This document shows positions 20,721-29,556 of a DNA stretch of 52,260 nt, piece after piece. Made by a program: the position numbers and the translations under genes. The notes beneath the pieces were generated by a model. It saw nothing but the letters and a program-made list of their open reading frames with translations. It did no database searches and was not told the origin of the DNA. The number at the start of each line of letters is the position of its first letter. Position 1 is the first letter of the stretch. The stretch is from Alphaproteobacteria bacterium (GTDB taxonomy: Bacteria; Pseudomonadota; Alphaproteobacteria; CACIAM-22H2), in NCBI GenBank assembly GCA_016793045.1, contig JAEUKZ010000155.1, positions 1-52,260 of the forward strand, written 5' to 3'.

Positions 20721-21829
20721 TCCCGGTGTCCTGCCCAGGCAAGCGCCGCCCGGACGAGCGAGGGCAGCGGCCGCCGATGGCCGGTGTCGATTTCGACGAT
20801 CACGCTCATGCCCGCGCGCAACGGCGGCTGATCGGGATGCGGCTCGATCGTGAGCCGTACCGGAATGCGCTGGACGACCTTGACCCAGTTGCCGGTGGCG
20901 TTCTGCGGCGGCAGCACGGCGAACTCGGCGCCGGTCGCCGCGCTGATGCTCGCCACGGTCGCCTGCCATTCGCGGTCGGGATAGGCGTCGATCGTCACCG
21001 TTGCGCGCTGCCCCGGTCGGACATGGGTGAGGTCGGTTTCCTTCAGATTGGCTTCGACCCACAGGCCGTGATTGGCGAGCAGCGCGAAGACCGGCGTGCC
21101 GGCGGTGACGTAGTCGCCGCGGCGGAAGCGGTCGATGCGGCTGACCACGCCCGCCCACGGCGCGGTCACGGCCGTGCGGCGCAGGTCGAGCGCGGCCTGG
21201 TCGCGTTGCGCCTGGGCGTCGCGATAGCGGGGATGGCGCTCGATCGGCAGGTCGGGCTCGCCGCCGAGACCGGCAAGGATCTGCGCCAGGTCCTGGCGCG
21301 CCATATTGAGCTGCTGGCGCGCGACCGCGAGCGCCTGGCGCGAATCGTCGAAGGTGCTCTGCGCGGTGTTGCCGCGCCGCGCGAGCTCGGACTGGCGTTC
21401 GAAATTGCGCTCGGTGTAGCCCACGGTGAATTCGTTGAGCCGCACCTGCTCCTGCTTGCTGCGATAGCTCGCGCGCAGTGCGTCGATGTCGTTGCGCACG
21501 GCCTGCATCTGTGCCTCGGCACGGGCAAGGGCGAGCTGGAACGGCTCTGGATCGACGCGGAACAGCACCGCGCCGGCCTCGACCGCCTGGTTCTCGCGCA
21601 CCTCCACCGCAATGACACGGCCGGAGATGTCGGCGCTGATCGAGACCCGGTCGGCGCGCAGATAGGCATCGTCGGTGCCGACGAAGCGGCCGGAGGTGGC
21701 GTAGAAGTAGCCGCCGACCAGCACCGCGACGATCGGCCCGAGCGCCAGCAGGGCCGCCCGCAGCAGGCGCCGCCCGATCGGCCGGCGCGCGGCGGCGGCG
21801 AGGGAGGGATCGCCTGATGCGTCAGGCAT
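20717..21829 (-). CDS. emrA: HlyD/EmrA periplasmic adaptor
   Basis: TDDAY, ISGRV and GAEFAVLPPQNATGNWVKVVQRIPV. Confidence 0.93.
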   Translation of the reverse strand: MPDASGDPSLAAAARRPIGRRLLRAALLALGPIVAVLVGGYFYATSGRFVGTDDAYLRADRVSISADISGRVIAVEVRENQAVEAGAVLFRVDPEPFQLALARAEAQMQAVRNDIDALRASYRSKQEQVRLNEFTVGYTERNFERQSELARRGNTAQSTFDDSRQALAVARQQLNMARQDLAQILAGLGGEPDLPIERHPRYRDAQAQRDQAALDLRRTAVTAPWAGVVSRIDRFRRGDYVTAGTPVFALLANHGLWVEANLKETDLTHVRPGQRATVTIDAYPDREWQATVASISAATGAEFAVLPPQNATGNWVKVVQRIPVRLTIEPHPDQPPLRAGMSVIVEIDTGHRRPLPSLVRAALAWAGHRE

Positions 21830-22310
21830 CTTGGGCCGCCCTCGGCGCCGGCGCCTGGTCGGGCTCGGGCCGCTCCGACAGATTGGCGCGGATCCTCGCG
21901 AGCAGTTCGACCAGCAGCGCACGATCCGCGGGCGCCACGCCGGCGAGCGCGGTCGCGCGCGTCTCCGCCGCCAGGGCGCGAATCTGGTCGATCACCGGCC
22001 AAGCTTTCGCGGTGATGTAGAGCGTGTAGACGCGGCGGTCGGTCGGGTGCGGGCGGCGTTCGACCCAGCCGGACTCCTCAAGACGGTCGAGCAGACGCAC
22101 GAGCGTGATCGGCTCGATGTCGAGGATGTCGGCGAGCCCGACCTGATTGATCCCTTCGTTGCGCGAAAGATGGGCAAGTACGGACCACTGCGCGCGCGTC
22201 AAGCCGATCGTCCGGGCGCGCCGGTCGAAGTCCCGCCGCAGCAACCGGGCGGCGTCATAGAGCAGAAATCCGAAGCTGCGCTGATAGTCCGAGGGATCGC
22301 CCTGGGGCAT
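21822..22310 (-). CDS. MarR/SlyA-family transcriptional regulator
   Basis: GLTRAQW, LVRLLDRLEESGWVERR and DRRVY. First gene of the emrAB operon. Confidence 0.92.
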   Translation of the reverse strand: MPQGDPSDYQRSFGFLLYDAARLLRRDFDRRARTIGLTRAQWSVLAHLSRNEGINQVGLADILDIEPITLVRLLDRLEESGWVERRPHPTDRRVYTLYITAKAWPVIDQIRALAAETRATALAGVAPADRALLVELLARIRANLSERPEPDQAPAPRAAQDA

Positions 22311-22311
22311 A

Positions 22312-22351
22312 ATAAGCAAGCTTATGATAGTGCCTGCGCACGAGCAAGCTC
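22312..22351. promoter_or_regulatory. Two palindromic MarR-type operators
   Basis: ATAAGC-AA-GCTTAT (22312-22325) and GAGC-AA-GCTC (22342-22351) share the core AGCAAGCT. Confidence 0.6.
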
Positions 22352-22432
22352 ACGCCCATGAATTGGGCGCAAGGCTGCTCCGTTCCCAGCACAAGTGCCC
22401 GCCGGGGCGGGCCCGGCCACCGCGTCAGACGG

Positions 22433-23131
22433 TCAATAGACCCAGCTTCGGGCCGGCCCGGTATCGATGTGGATGAAGTTCGAGCCCTCGTAGAGGCCGA
22501 CGCCGCCGGCGCCGATCTCGCGCGCATGTCGCGCCAGCGTTTCCGGAGCCATCCCCTCGACATAGATGTCGGCGGCCATGCCCCGGGTGTGGAAGCTGTT
22601 GCGCGCGACGTTCGAGCTCGCGCGCGCCATCGCGAAGTTGGTCTGGCGCGAGCGGTAGCCGCTGACGAGGTTGAAGGGCTGACGGATGCGGCCCTGCAGC
22701 CGCGCCAGCAGGTCGTAGAGCCGCACGTCGCAGCGCATCATCGCGCCCGAGCGCGGATCGCGCATGATGCGGTTGAGCTGCGTCACCGACGCCGGGTTGA
22801 ACCGGCCGTTGGCCCAGACCACGCCATTGAAACGCTCGCCGGTATTGACATTGTTCAGCATCAGCCGCCGGCCGGCCTGGCGCGCGGCCTGCGCCTGCGC
22901 GTTCGACTGGCGTGGCGTCGCTGCCTCAGCCGGCACGATCGCGGCGAACGCCGCGAGGCCGGCAAGACCGAGCAGCGCGCGCCGGCCGAGCGCGACGGGG
23001 GCCGAACCGTCGAAGCGGAATCCTTCGGCCGCGTGGCCTTCGACGTAGAGGCGGGGCTTGCGTCCGCCGCCGCAGATCTCGCAGGCGCAGCCAGCCAGCT
23101 CGTCCACGAGAGCGCCGCTGGAACTCGTCAT
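22433..23131 (-). CDS. YcbK/DUF882 family (peptidase M15A-like), Tat-exported
   Basis: GRRALL twin-arginine motif, LVSGYRS, SFHTRGMAAD and FIHIDTG. Confidence 0.88.
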   Translation of the reverse strand: MTSSSGALVDELAGCACEICGGGRKPRLYVEGHAAEGFRFDGSAPVALGRRALLGLAGLAAFAAIVPAEAATPRQSNAQAQAARQAGRRLMLNNVNTGERFNGVVWANGRFNPASVTQLNRIMRDPRSGAMMRCDVRLYDLLARLQGRIRQPFNLVSGYRSRQTNFAMARASSNVARNSFHTRGMAADIYVEGMAPETLARHAREIGAGGVGLYEGSNFIHIDTGPARSWVY

Positions 23132-23141
23132 CGTCGCGGCG

Positions 23142-23744
23142 CTACTTGAGTTCGTCGATCGACTTCACGATGTGCGCGACGATGCCGTACTCCTTCGCCT
23201 CCTCCGCCGACATCCAGAAGTTCCGGTCGGTGTCGCGCTCGACCTTCTCGAAAGGCTGGCCGGTCGCCCGCGAGATCGCCTCGTTGATGCGCTTGCGCAT
23301 CTTGATGATCTCCTTGGCCTCGATGGCGATGTCGCTCGCCGGACCGCCGGCGCCGCCGGCTGGTTGGTGGATCATGAAGCGGGTGTTGGGCAGGCAGTAG
23401 CGGTTCTGCTTCTCCGCCGCGAGGAAGATGTGCACCCCGGCGCTCGCCACCCATCCGGTGCCGATCACCTGGACCTTGGGCCGCACGAAGGCGATGACGT
23501 CGTGGATCGTGTCACCGGCCTCGACGTGCCCGCCCTGCGAATTGATGATCAGGCGGATCGGATCGGCGCTCTCCTCGGCCAGCGCGAAAAGCTGCGCCAC
23601 GATCGACTGCGCGACCTTCTGGTTGATTTCGCCGAACAGCAGCACCGTGCGCGACTTGAAGAGGTTGTCGACGACCTTGCTGCCCGTCGGGACCTGGGGC
23701 TCGGACGGCTTTTCCGAATCGTTGTCCGCACGAAACTTCGCCAT
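23142..23744 (-). CDS. clpP: ATP-dependent Clp protease proteolytic subunit (paralog)
   Basis: INSQGG, VASAG (Ser), FMIHQP (His), ERDTDR (Asp) and AEEAKEYGI. Confidence 0.92.
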   Translation of the reverse strand: MAKFRADNDSEKPSEPQVPTGSKVVDNLFKSRTVLLFGEINQKVAQSIVAQLFALAEESADPIRLIINSQGGHVEAGDTIHDVIAFVRPKVQVIGTGWVASAGVHIFLAAEKQNRYCLPNTRFMIHQPAGGAGGPASDIAIEAKEIIKMRKRINEAISRATGQPFEKVERDTDRNFWMSAEEAKEYGIVAHIVKSIDELK

Positions 23745-23856
23745 CGTGGACCTTTCACTGGAAGGATTGGCCGCGCTGGGCCGGGGCCGCGCGCTCACAT
23801 AGGGGGTGATTAGCCTACCCGGCGGGCCTTGGCAACGCCGATGCATCCGGCTGCAA

Positions 23857-24507
23857 TCAGGCCCGACGGCCGGCCGGCCGAGCCTCGAGATCGGCGACAT
23901 CGAGGCGTTTGAGTTCGAAACGCTCGTTGAGCCGCACATAAGACCCGCCGCCGCCAAGCCGCCCGATCAGGGCGAGCCGGTCCTGGTCGATCCGCAGGCG
24001 ATCGTCGACGATGTCGTCGCGGACATGCAGCTGGACGACCTCGCCCAGGATCAGCTTGCGTGCCGGACCCGGCAGCGCGATGGTCCGCCACGCGCGGCAT
24101 TCGAGCGCCGCCGGCGCGACCGCGATGCGCGGCGGCTTCACCTTCGCGGACCTTGCCATTTCGAGTCCGGCATAGGCGGTCTCGTCCTCGCCGGCCGGCA
24201 GGGCCACGGCACAGACGTTCATCGCCGGCAGCAGCGTCTCGTCGACGAGATTGACCACGAACTCGCCGGTGTCGCCGATGTTGACGGCGGTGTCCTTCGG
24301 AACCGTTTCGTCTTCCTCGCGCGCATCGACGCTGATGATGACCAGGGGGGGCTCGTCGCTCAGAACGTTGAAGAAGCTGAACGGCGCCGCGTTGACCCTG
24401 CCGGCCGACGAGACCGTGGTGACGAGCGCGATCGGCCGTGGCACGACCAGGCCGATCAGCAGCTTGTAGCGGTCCTCGGCGGATAGCGCCGCGAAGTCGA
24501 AATCCAT
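23857..24507 (-). CDS. Flavin reductase-like FMN-binding protein
   Basis: YKLLIGLVVPRPIALVTT, NAAPFSFFN, KDTAVNI and ALECR. Confidence 0.88.
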   Translation of the reverse strand: MDFDFAALSAEDRYKLLIGLVVPRPIALVTTVSSAGRVNAAPFSFFNVLSDEPPLVIISVDAREEDETVPKDTAVNIGDTGEFVVNLVDETLLPAMNVCAVALPAGEDETAYAGLEMARSAKVKPPRIAVAPAALECRAWRTIALPGPARKLILGEVVQLHVRDDIVDDRLRIDQDRLALIGRLGGGGSYVRLNERFELKRLDVADLEARPAGRRA

Positions 24508-25010
24508 GTCGTCAACCTTGCTGTTCGTAACCTCGCGCCCATCGTGGCGCCCTGCCGGCGCAACCGCAATTCGCCTTGCGATACGGCTGCAACTTACCGC
24601 GCCTGCCGTGGTCAAAGGAACTCTCTCGCGACGGCGCGCAATCCCGCCGCGATCCTGTTCATGCCCGGCGCCGGCAACACTCCGGCCTTCGTCTGCCGTC
24701 GCTTTGCGATGGATCGACGGCACACCGACCAGGCTTTCCCGCGCCGACATCGGCGTCCCGCTCGCGGTTGGCGCTCCGCGGATCATCGCCGGGCACAACG
24801 TCGACGGCGTCGGGCAGCCCCGCGCCTTCGGCGCTTGCCCGACAAGGTGTTCAAGCCGCTCTTCCCGGTCGACGTACCTGGCGGGCAAATGCGATGCCAC
24901 CAGGCTGGCGCTTGCCATCGCGGGGGCGCTCGTGACGCTGCCCGGGCTTCCTCGTCAGTCGCGCCGACCGGGGGTGGGATTTGCCGGCGGCTTCGCTATA
25001 GTCGCGTGGC

Positions 25011-25814
25011 ATGTCGAATCGTTCCGATCCCAATCCGCTTCTCGCCGACGACGAACCGCCGCCGGTCGCCACGTTCCGGCTGGAAGGCCGGGCGCCCGTG
25101 CTGCTCCTGTGCGACCATGCAAGCCGCCGCGTGCCACGTGCGCTCGGCGATCTCGGCCTGCCGGCCACGGCGTTCGACCGCCACATCGCGTGGGATATCG
25201 GCGCGTCGGATGTTGCCCACGACCTTGCGCGCGCCTTCGATGCGCCGTTGATTCATTCAGGCTATTCGCGGCTGGTGCTCGATCTCAACCGCGCGCTCGA
25301 CAATCCGGGTTCGATCCCGGTCGAGAGCGACGGGACGGTCGTCCCGGCCAATGTCGGCCTGCCGCCGGCCGAGCGCCTGCGCCGCGTCGCGGCGCTGTTC
25401 GAGCCCTATCACGCCGCGATCGAGGCGGCGGTCGCCGCCGCGCGGCGCAGCGGCGTCGCGCCGGCGATCGTTTCGGTCCACAGCTGCACGCCGGTCTTCA
25501 AGGGCTTTGCGCGCCCCTGGCATGTCGGCGTGCTGTGGAACCGCGACGGCCGGCTTGCTCGCCCGCTGATCGAACGCCTCGCGGCGATGGACGGCGTGAC
25601 GGTCGGCGACAACGAACCCTATTCGGGCCGCGGCGGCGAGGGCTACACGGTGAAGCGCCATGCCGAAGCGCTGGGCCTGCCGCACGTCACCCTCGAGATC
25701 CGCCAGGATCTGATCGATACCCACCATGGCGCCCGCGAGTGGGCGGCGCGGGTCGCCGAGGCGCTTGCACCACTGCTGAGCGATCCCGCGCTGCGTGCCG
25801 CAAGGTCGGGCTGA
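25011..25814 (+). CDS. N-formylglutamate amidohydrolase family
   Basis: CDHAS, HIAWDIGA, SRLVLDLNR, SVHSCTP, DNEPYSG and EIRQDLI. Confidence 0.88.
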   Translation: MSNRSDPNPLLADDEPPPVATFRLEGRAPVLLLCDHASRRVPRALGDLGLPATAFDRHIAWDIGASDVAHDLARAFDAPLIHSGYSRLVLDLNRALDNPGSIPVESDGTVVPANVGLPPAERLRRVAALFEPYHAAIEAAVAAARRSGVAPAIVSVHSCTPVFKGFARPWHVGVLWNRDGRLARPLIERLAAMDGVTVGDNEPYSGRGGEGYTVKRHAEALGLPHVTLEIRQDLIDTHHGAREWAARVAEALAPLLSDPALRAARSG

Positions 25815-26950
25815 TGGCGATCGCCGAACCCACGCTGACGCTCGGCCTCGAAGAGGAGTACTTCCTGGTCGAATGCGCGACCGGCGCACTCGCCGCGGAG
25901 CCGCCGGCTGAACTGCTCGCCGAGTGCGAGAAGCGCCTCGACGGCCGCGCGAGTCCAGAGTTCCTGCGCGCCCAGATCGAGGTCCAGACGCGCGTCTGCC
26001 GCACGATCGCGGAGGCGCGAGCCGACCTCGCCTTCGCACGCAAGACGGTTGCCGAAGTCGCCGCGCGCTACGGCCTCGCACCGATCGCCGCGTCGACCCA
26101 TCCCTTCGCGCGCTGGGAGGCGCAGCGGCCGACGCCGCGCGAGCGCTACGCCTCCCTCGGCCATGACCTCCAGGCGGTCGGCCGGAGGCTGGTCATTTGC
26201 GGCCTGCACGTCCACGCAGGCGTCGAAGACGAGGAACTGCGCGTCGACCTGATGAACCAGGTCACGTATTTCCTGCCGCATCTGCTGGCGCTCTCGACCT
26301 CGTCGCCGTTCTGGCGCGGCGAGGAGACCGGACTGCAAAGCTACCGCCTGTCGGTGTTCAACGAGATCCCGCGTACCGGCCCGCCCGATCATTTCGAGAG
26401 CTGGGGCGAGTATCGCCGCCAGCTCAACCGGCTGGTCGAGGCGGGCCTGATCAGCGACGCGTCGAAGCTGTGGTGGGACCTGCGGCCCTCGGCGTGGTTT
26501 CCGACGCTCGAGATGCGCATCACCGACGTGACGACGCGGCTCGACGACGCGATCGCGATCGCGGCGCTATATCAGGGCCTGCTGTCGATGCTCTGGCGGC
26601 TCCGGCGCGACAACCAGCGTTGGCGCATCTACCCGCATCTGCTGGTGAAGGAGAATCGCTGGCGCGCGCAGCGCTACGGTCTCGACGAAGGGCTGGTCGA
26701 CTTCGGCAAAGGCGAGATCGTGCCGTATGGCCATCTGCTGGAGGAAATCATCACGCTCGTTCGGCCGGATGCGCAGCGCCTCGGCAGCGTCGCCGAGACC
26801 GAGCAGGCGCGCGCGATCCTCGCCCGCGGCACGTCTGCCCACGGCCAGCGCAGGGTCTTCAAGGCGGCGCTCGACGGCGGTGCGAGCCGCGACGCGGCGC
26901 TCAAGGCGGTCGTCGATTGGCTGATCGCGGAAACCGTGGCCGGGCTCTGA
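25814..26950 (+). CDS. Carboxylate-amine ligase (glutamate-cysteine ligase 2, YbdK family)
   Basis: TLGLEEEY, STHPF, CGLHVH, LALSTSSPFW, WWDLRPS and TLEMRITD. TGATG coupling to the upstream gene. Confidence 0.92.
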   Translation: MAIAEPTLTLGLEEEYFLVECATGALAAEPPAELLAECEKRLDGRASPEFLRAQIEVQTRVCRTIAEARADLAFARKTVAEVAARYGLAPIAASTHPFARWEAQRPTPRERYASLGHDLQAVGRRLVICGLHVHAGVEDEELRVDLMNQVTYFLPHLLALSTSSPFWRGEETGLQSYRLSVFNEIPRTGPPDHFESWGEYRRQLNRLVEAGLISDASKLWWDLRPSAWFPTLEMRITDVTTRLDDAIAIAALYQGLLSMLWRLRRDNQRWRIYPHLLVKENRWRAQRYGLDEGLVDFGKGEIVPYGHLLEEIITLVRPDAQRLGSVAETEQARAILARGTSAHGQRRVFKAALDGGASRDAALKAVVDWLIAETVAGL

Positions 26951-26960
26951 GATCTGCCCA

Positions 26961-26988
26961 CTTCCGCAACGCGCCGCGCGGCCTATAT
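26961..26988 (+). promoter_or_regulatory. Possible RpoH-type promoter CTTCCG-N15-CCTATAT
   Basis: The -10 matches the alphaproteobacterial RpoH-type CCTATAT. The -35 is only a partial match to CTTGAA. Confidence 0.35.
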
Positions 26989-27032
26989 TCTGCGTCATTG
27001 CATCAGTCCCGCGAAAGCGCCGGAGACGCCCC

Positions 27033-27332
<300 letters not shown>

Positions 27333-27347
27333 CCGCTGCGTTCGCCG

Positions 27348-27905
27348 CTATTGCCGGATCGAGCTGCCGACGATCTCGTATTCGAGCGGACGGCGAGCCA
27401 CAGGCCGCAGGGTTACCGAAAAAGTGCGGCCCTGGATCGCGGCCTGGTAGAGCTGCATCGCCTGTTCCGCCCGCGCGTCGGCCGGGCGCGCCGCGAGCGT
27501 CACGCGCGGCGACTGGTCGGCTTGAACTTCGACCGCCAGGATCAGCGACTGGCGCGTGCTCATGCGGATCATTGCCGGCGGGGTGCGCTGCCGGCCAGGC
27601 TCGTCGGTCCAGGCGCGCTGGATCGACTCGCGCAGCTTGGTGTCGCCGGTCGCGCATTGCCCGGCCGTCGGCGGCTGATCCGGCGCGACATCCGACATCA
27701 CCGCCCGGAGGACGAGCACGACCTGCGAGGCGTTGTTGAAGGCCGGAGAAACCTCGACGACCATCGAACCGCCGCCCTGACAGATCATGGTCAGGTCACG
27801 GTTCTGGGCGTCGGCGTCAGAGGCGGCGCCCGCCAGCCCCGCGGCCATAAACGCCGCCGGCACGACGCGGCGCGGGGCAAGATAGCGCTTGATTTCGGCG
27901 ATCAC
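27348..27905 (-). CDS. Hypothetical exported protein (185 aa)
   Basis: GGGAGG RBS with GTG start, signal-like N-terminus ending ADA-Q, two Cys. Confidence 0.6.
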   Translation of the reverse strand: MIAEIKRYLAPRRVVPAAFMAAGLAGAASDADAQNRDLTMICQGGGSMVVEVSPAFNNASQVVLVLRAVMSDVAPDQPPTAGQCATGDTKLRESIQRAWTDEPGRQRTPPAMIRMSTRQSLILAVEVQADQSPRVTLAARPADARAEQAMQLYQAAIQGRTFSVTLRPVARRPLEYEIVGSSIRQ

Positions 27906-28004
27906 GGTGTCCGCCTCCCTGGTCTTGGCGACGTTCGATGTCGATCCGCGGGTCGAGCCTGCCCGGGACTGCCGGGCGCCGCAAGAGCCGGCGCGACCGT
28001 TTGG

Positions 28005-28033
28005 TTATCCCCGGCTTATCCACCGAATCCACA
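28005..28033 (+). promoter_or_regulatory. Three tandem DnaA-box-like 9-mers
   Basis: TTATCCCCG, TTATCCACC and GAATCCACA match the consensus TTATCCACA at 7/9, 8/9 and 7/9. Confidence 0.55.
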
Positions 28034-28117
28034 GCCTGGAGGTCTCGCCGGCCTTGAAGGCAAGGGCGCGTGCGTCTTAGATCGCCCTTTCGCGACGAAT
28101 CTCATCTGGAGTCGACC

Positions 28118-28363
28118 ATGGCCGACGGAAGCGGCGCCATCACACCCGGCAAGCTCAAGTCCTTCATCGAGCGGATCGAGCGGCTTGAAGCAGAGAAGGC
28201 AGAGCTGGCGGCCGATATCCGCGAGGTCTACGGGGAGGCCAAGGGCGAGGGCTACGACACCAAGATCATGCGCCAGCTCATCAAGCTGCGAAAGCTCGAC
28301 AAGCAGGAGCTGACCGAGCAGGAAGAGCTGCTCGACACCTACCGCAAAGCGCTGGGAATGTAG
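28118..28363 (+). CDS. gapR: GapR nucleoid-associated protein (DUF2312/UPF0335)
   Basis: LKSFIERIERLEAEK, DIREVYGEAKGEGYDTKIMRQLIKLRK and ALGM. GGAG RBS. Confidence 0.93.
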   Translation: MADGSGAITPGKLKSFIERIERLEAEKAELAADIREVYGEAKGEGYDTKIMRQLIKLRKLDKQELTEQEELLDTYRKALGM

Positions 28364-28467
28364 CGGACTTGGCCGGCGGGGCCGCCCGGATCGGCACGAA
28401 ATCGTCCCGCGATTGACATGATCGCCGTCGTGCGGCGCTATTGGGGGCCATCGCCGTTCGAGGGCCG

Positions 28468-28668
28468 ATGCAGCGCTTCCTGATCGTCCTTGGGCTCGTG
28501 CTCTTTCTGGTCGGGTTGGCCTGGCCGCTGGTCATGCGGCTCGGCCTCGGGCGCCTGCCCGGCGATGTCGTGATCGAACTCGGCAGCCTGAAGCTCTATC
28601 TGCCGATCGCGACATCGCTGCTGCTCAGCCTGCTCCTGTCCGCGCTGCTGTGGCTGTTCGGGCGCTAG
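28468..28668 (+). CDS. DUF2905 small membrane protein
   Basis: LGRLPGD and YLPIATSLLLSLLLS. Confidence 0.88.
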   Translation: MQRFLIVLGLVLFLVGLAWPLVMRLGLGRLPGDVVIELGSLKLYLPIATSLLLSLLLSALLWLFGR

Positions 28669-28678
28669 CGGGGGTGAC

Positions 28679-28870
28679 GTGGTCGAACTGATCATCGAGC
28701 ACTGGAGCAATCCCGACGGCAGCAGCCACTTCCTGTGGTCGGTCTGGCGCGACGGCAAGCGGGTCGAGATGGGCCGGCCGACCGTCGACGCCCAGGCGGC
28801 CGAACAGGCCGGCGGGCAGTGGTGCTGGCGCGTTCTCAAGTCGCCGCCGGATCGCATCACGCGGCTGTAG
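28679..28870 (+). CDS. Small hypothetical protein (63 aa, Trp-rich)
   Basis: GGGGTG RBS with GTG start, coding-like codon usage, 10 bp after DUF2905. Confidence 0.6.
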   Translation: MVELIIEHWSNPDGSSHFLWSVWRDGKRVEMGRPTVDAQAAEQAGGQWCWRVLKSPPDRITRL

Positions 28871-28967
28871 CCGGTCCTTCGCGGAATTGCCCGCGCGGCG
28901 AAGGCGCGAACGGGATCGTGATGCCGCCGGGCGCATGTTAGAGTCGCGCGGATTCGGGGGAACGACG

Positions 28968-29552
28968 ATGCCGGACACCGCCCAGTCAGATCACGCGCTC
29001 GCCGGCTTCATCGGCGAATGCCGGCGCATCGCCGATTCGGTCCACGATGCGGCCGACATCGTCGGCGCGATCGCGCCGCTGATGATGCGTCTCGTCCATG
29101 GCGATCGCAGCTTCCTGCGCGCCGAGCATTTCCGTTCGAACCCCGACCACTATACGCGCAACGCGATCCACATTTCCGACGACGAGAGTCTGTCGCTCTA
29201 TGCGCTGGTCTGGCTGCCGGGGCAGTGGACGCCGGTCCACGATCACGGGAGCTGGGGTGTCGTGGGCGTCGTCCAGGGCATCCTCGAGGAGCGCAGCTAC
29301 ATGGCGGCGGACGGCGAGATCCGGAGCGATTGCGGCATCCGCCTCAAGCGCGGCGGGGTCATCCTGCTCGACCACGGGTCGGTCACGACCTTCGTGCCCA
29401 ATCCGGATCACATCCACATGACCGGCGTGGCGGCCGATCGCGAGCGCGTCGTCAGCCTGCATCTCTACGGCCGCAACATGAACTCCTTCCACGTCTACGA
29501 CGTAGCAGCCGGGACGCGGAAGCTCATCGACGTTCCCCATCAGAAGAGTTGA
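28968..29552 (+). CDS. Cysteine dioxygenase-family cupin
   Basis: YTRN, HDH...HIH 3-His triad and VSLHLY. Confidence 0.85.
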   Translation: MPDTAQSDHALAGFIGECRRIADSVHDAADIVGAIAPLMMRLVHGDRSFLRAEHFRSNPDHYTRNAIHISDDESLSLYALVWLPGQWTPVHDHGSWGVVGVVQGILEERSYMAADGEIRSDCGIRLKRGGVILLDHGSVTTFVPNPDHIHMTGVAADRERVVSLHLYGRNMNSFHVYDVAAGTRKLIDVPHQKS

Positions 29553-29556
29553 CTCC

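Noticed and set aside
23770-23830. RpoH promoter for clpP
   Set aside because: A CCCCTATGT -10-like word exists, but there is no CTTG at the required distance.
24720-24860. Sortase-like words (PTRL...IGV, IIAGH)
   Set aside because: Spacing between the motifs is far too short and there is no TLxTC catalytic motif.
24506-25813. 436-aa N-terminal extension of the carboxylate-amine ligase ORF
   Set aside because: It overlaps the formylglutamate hydrolase in another frame. Homology begins at ATG 25814, which is coupled to the upstream stop.
27906-28117. Replication origin at the DnaA-box cluster
   Set aside because: There is no AT-rich unwinding element, only three boxes, and none of the usual origin-flanking genes. 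A regulatory role fits better.
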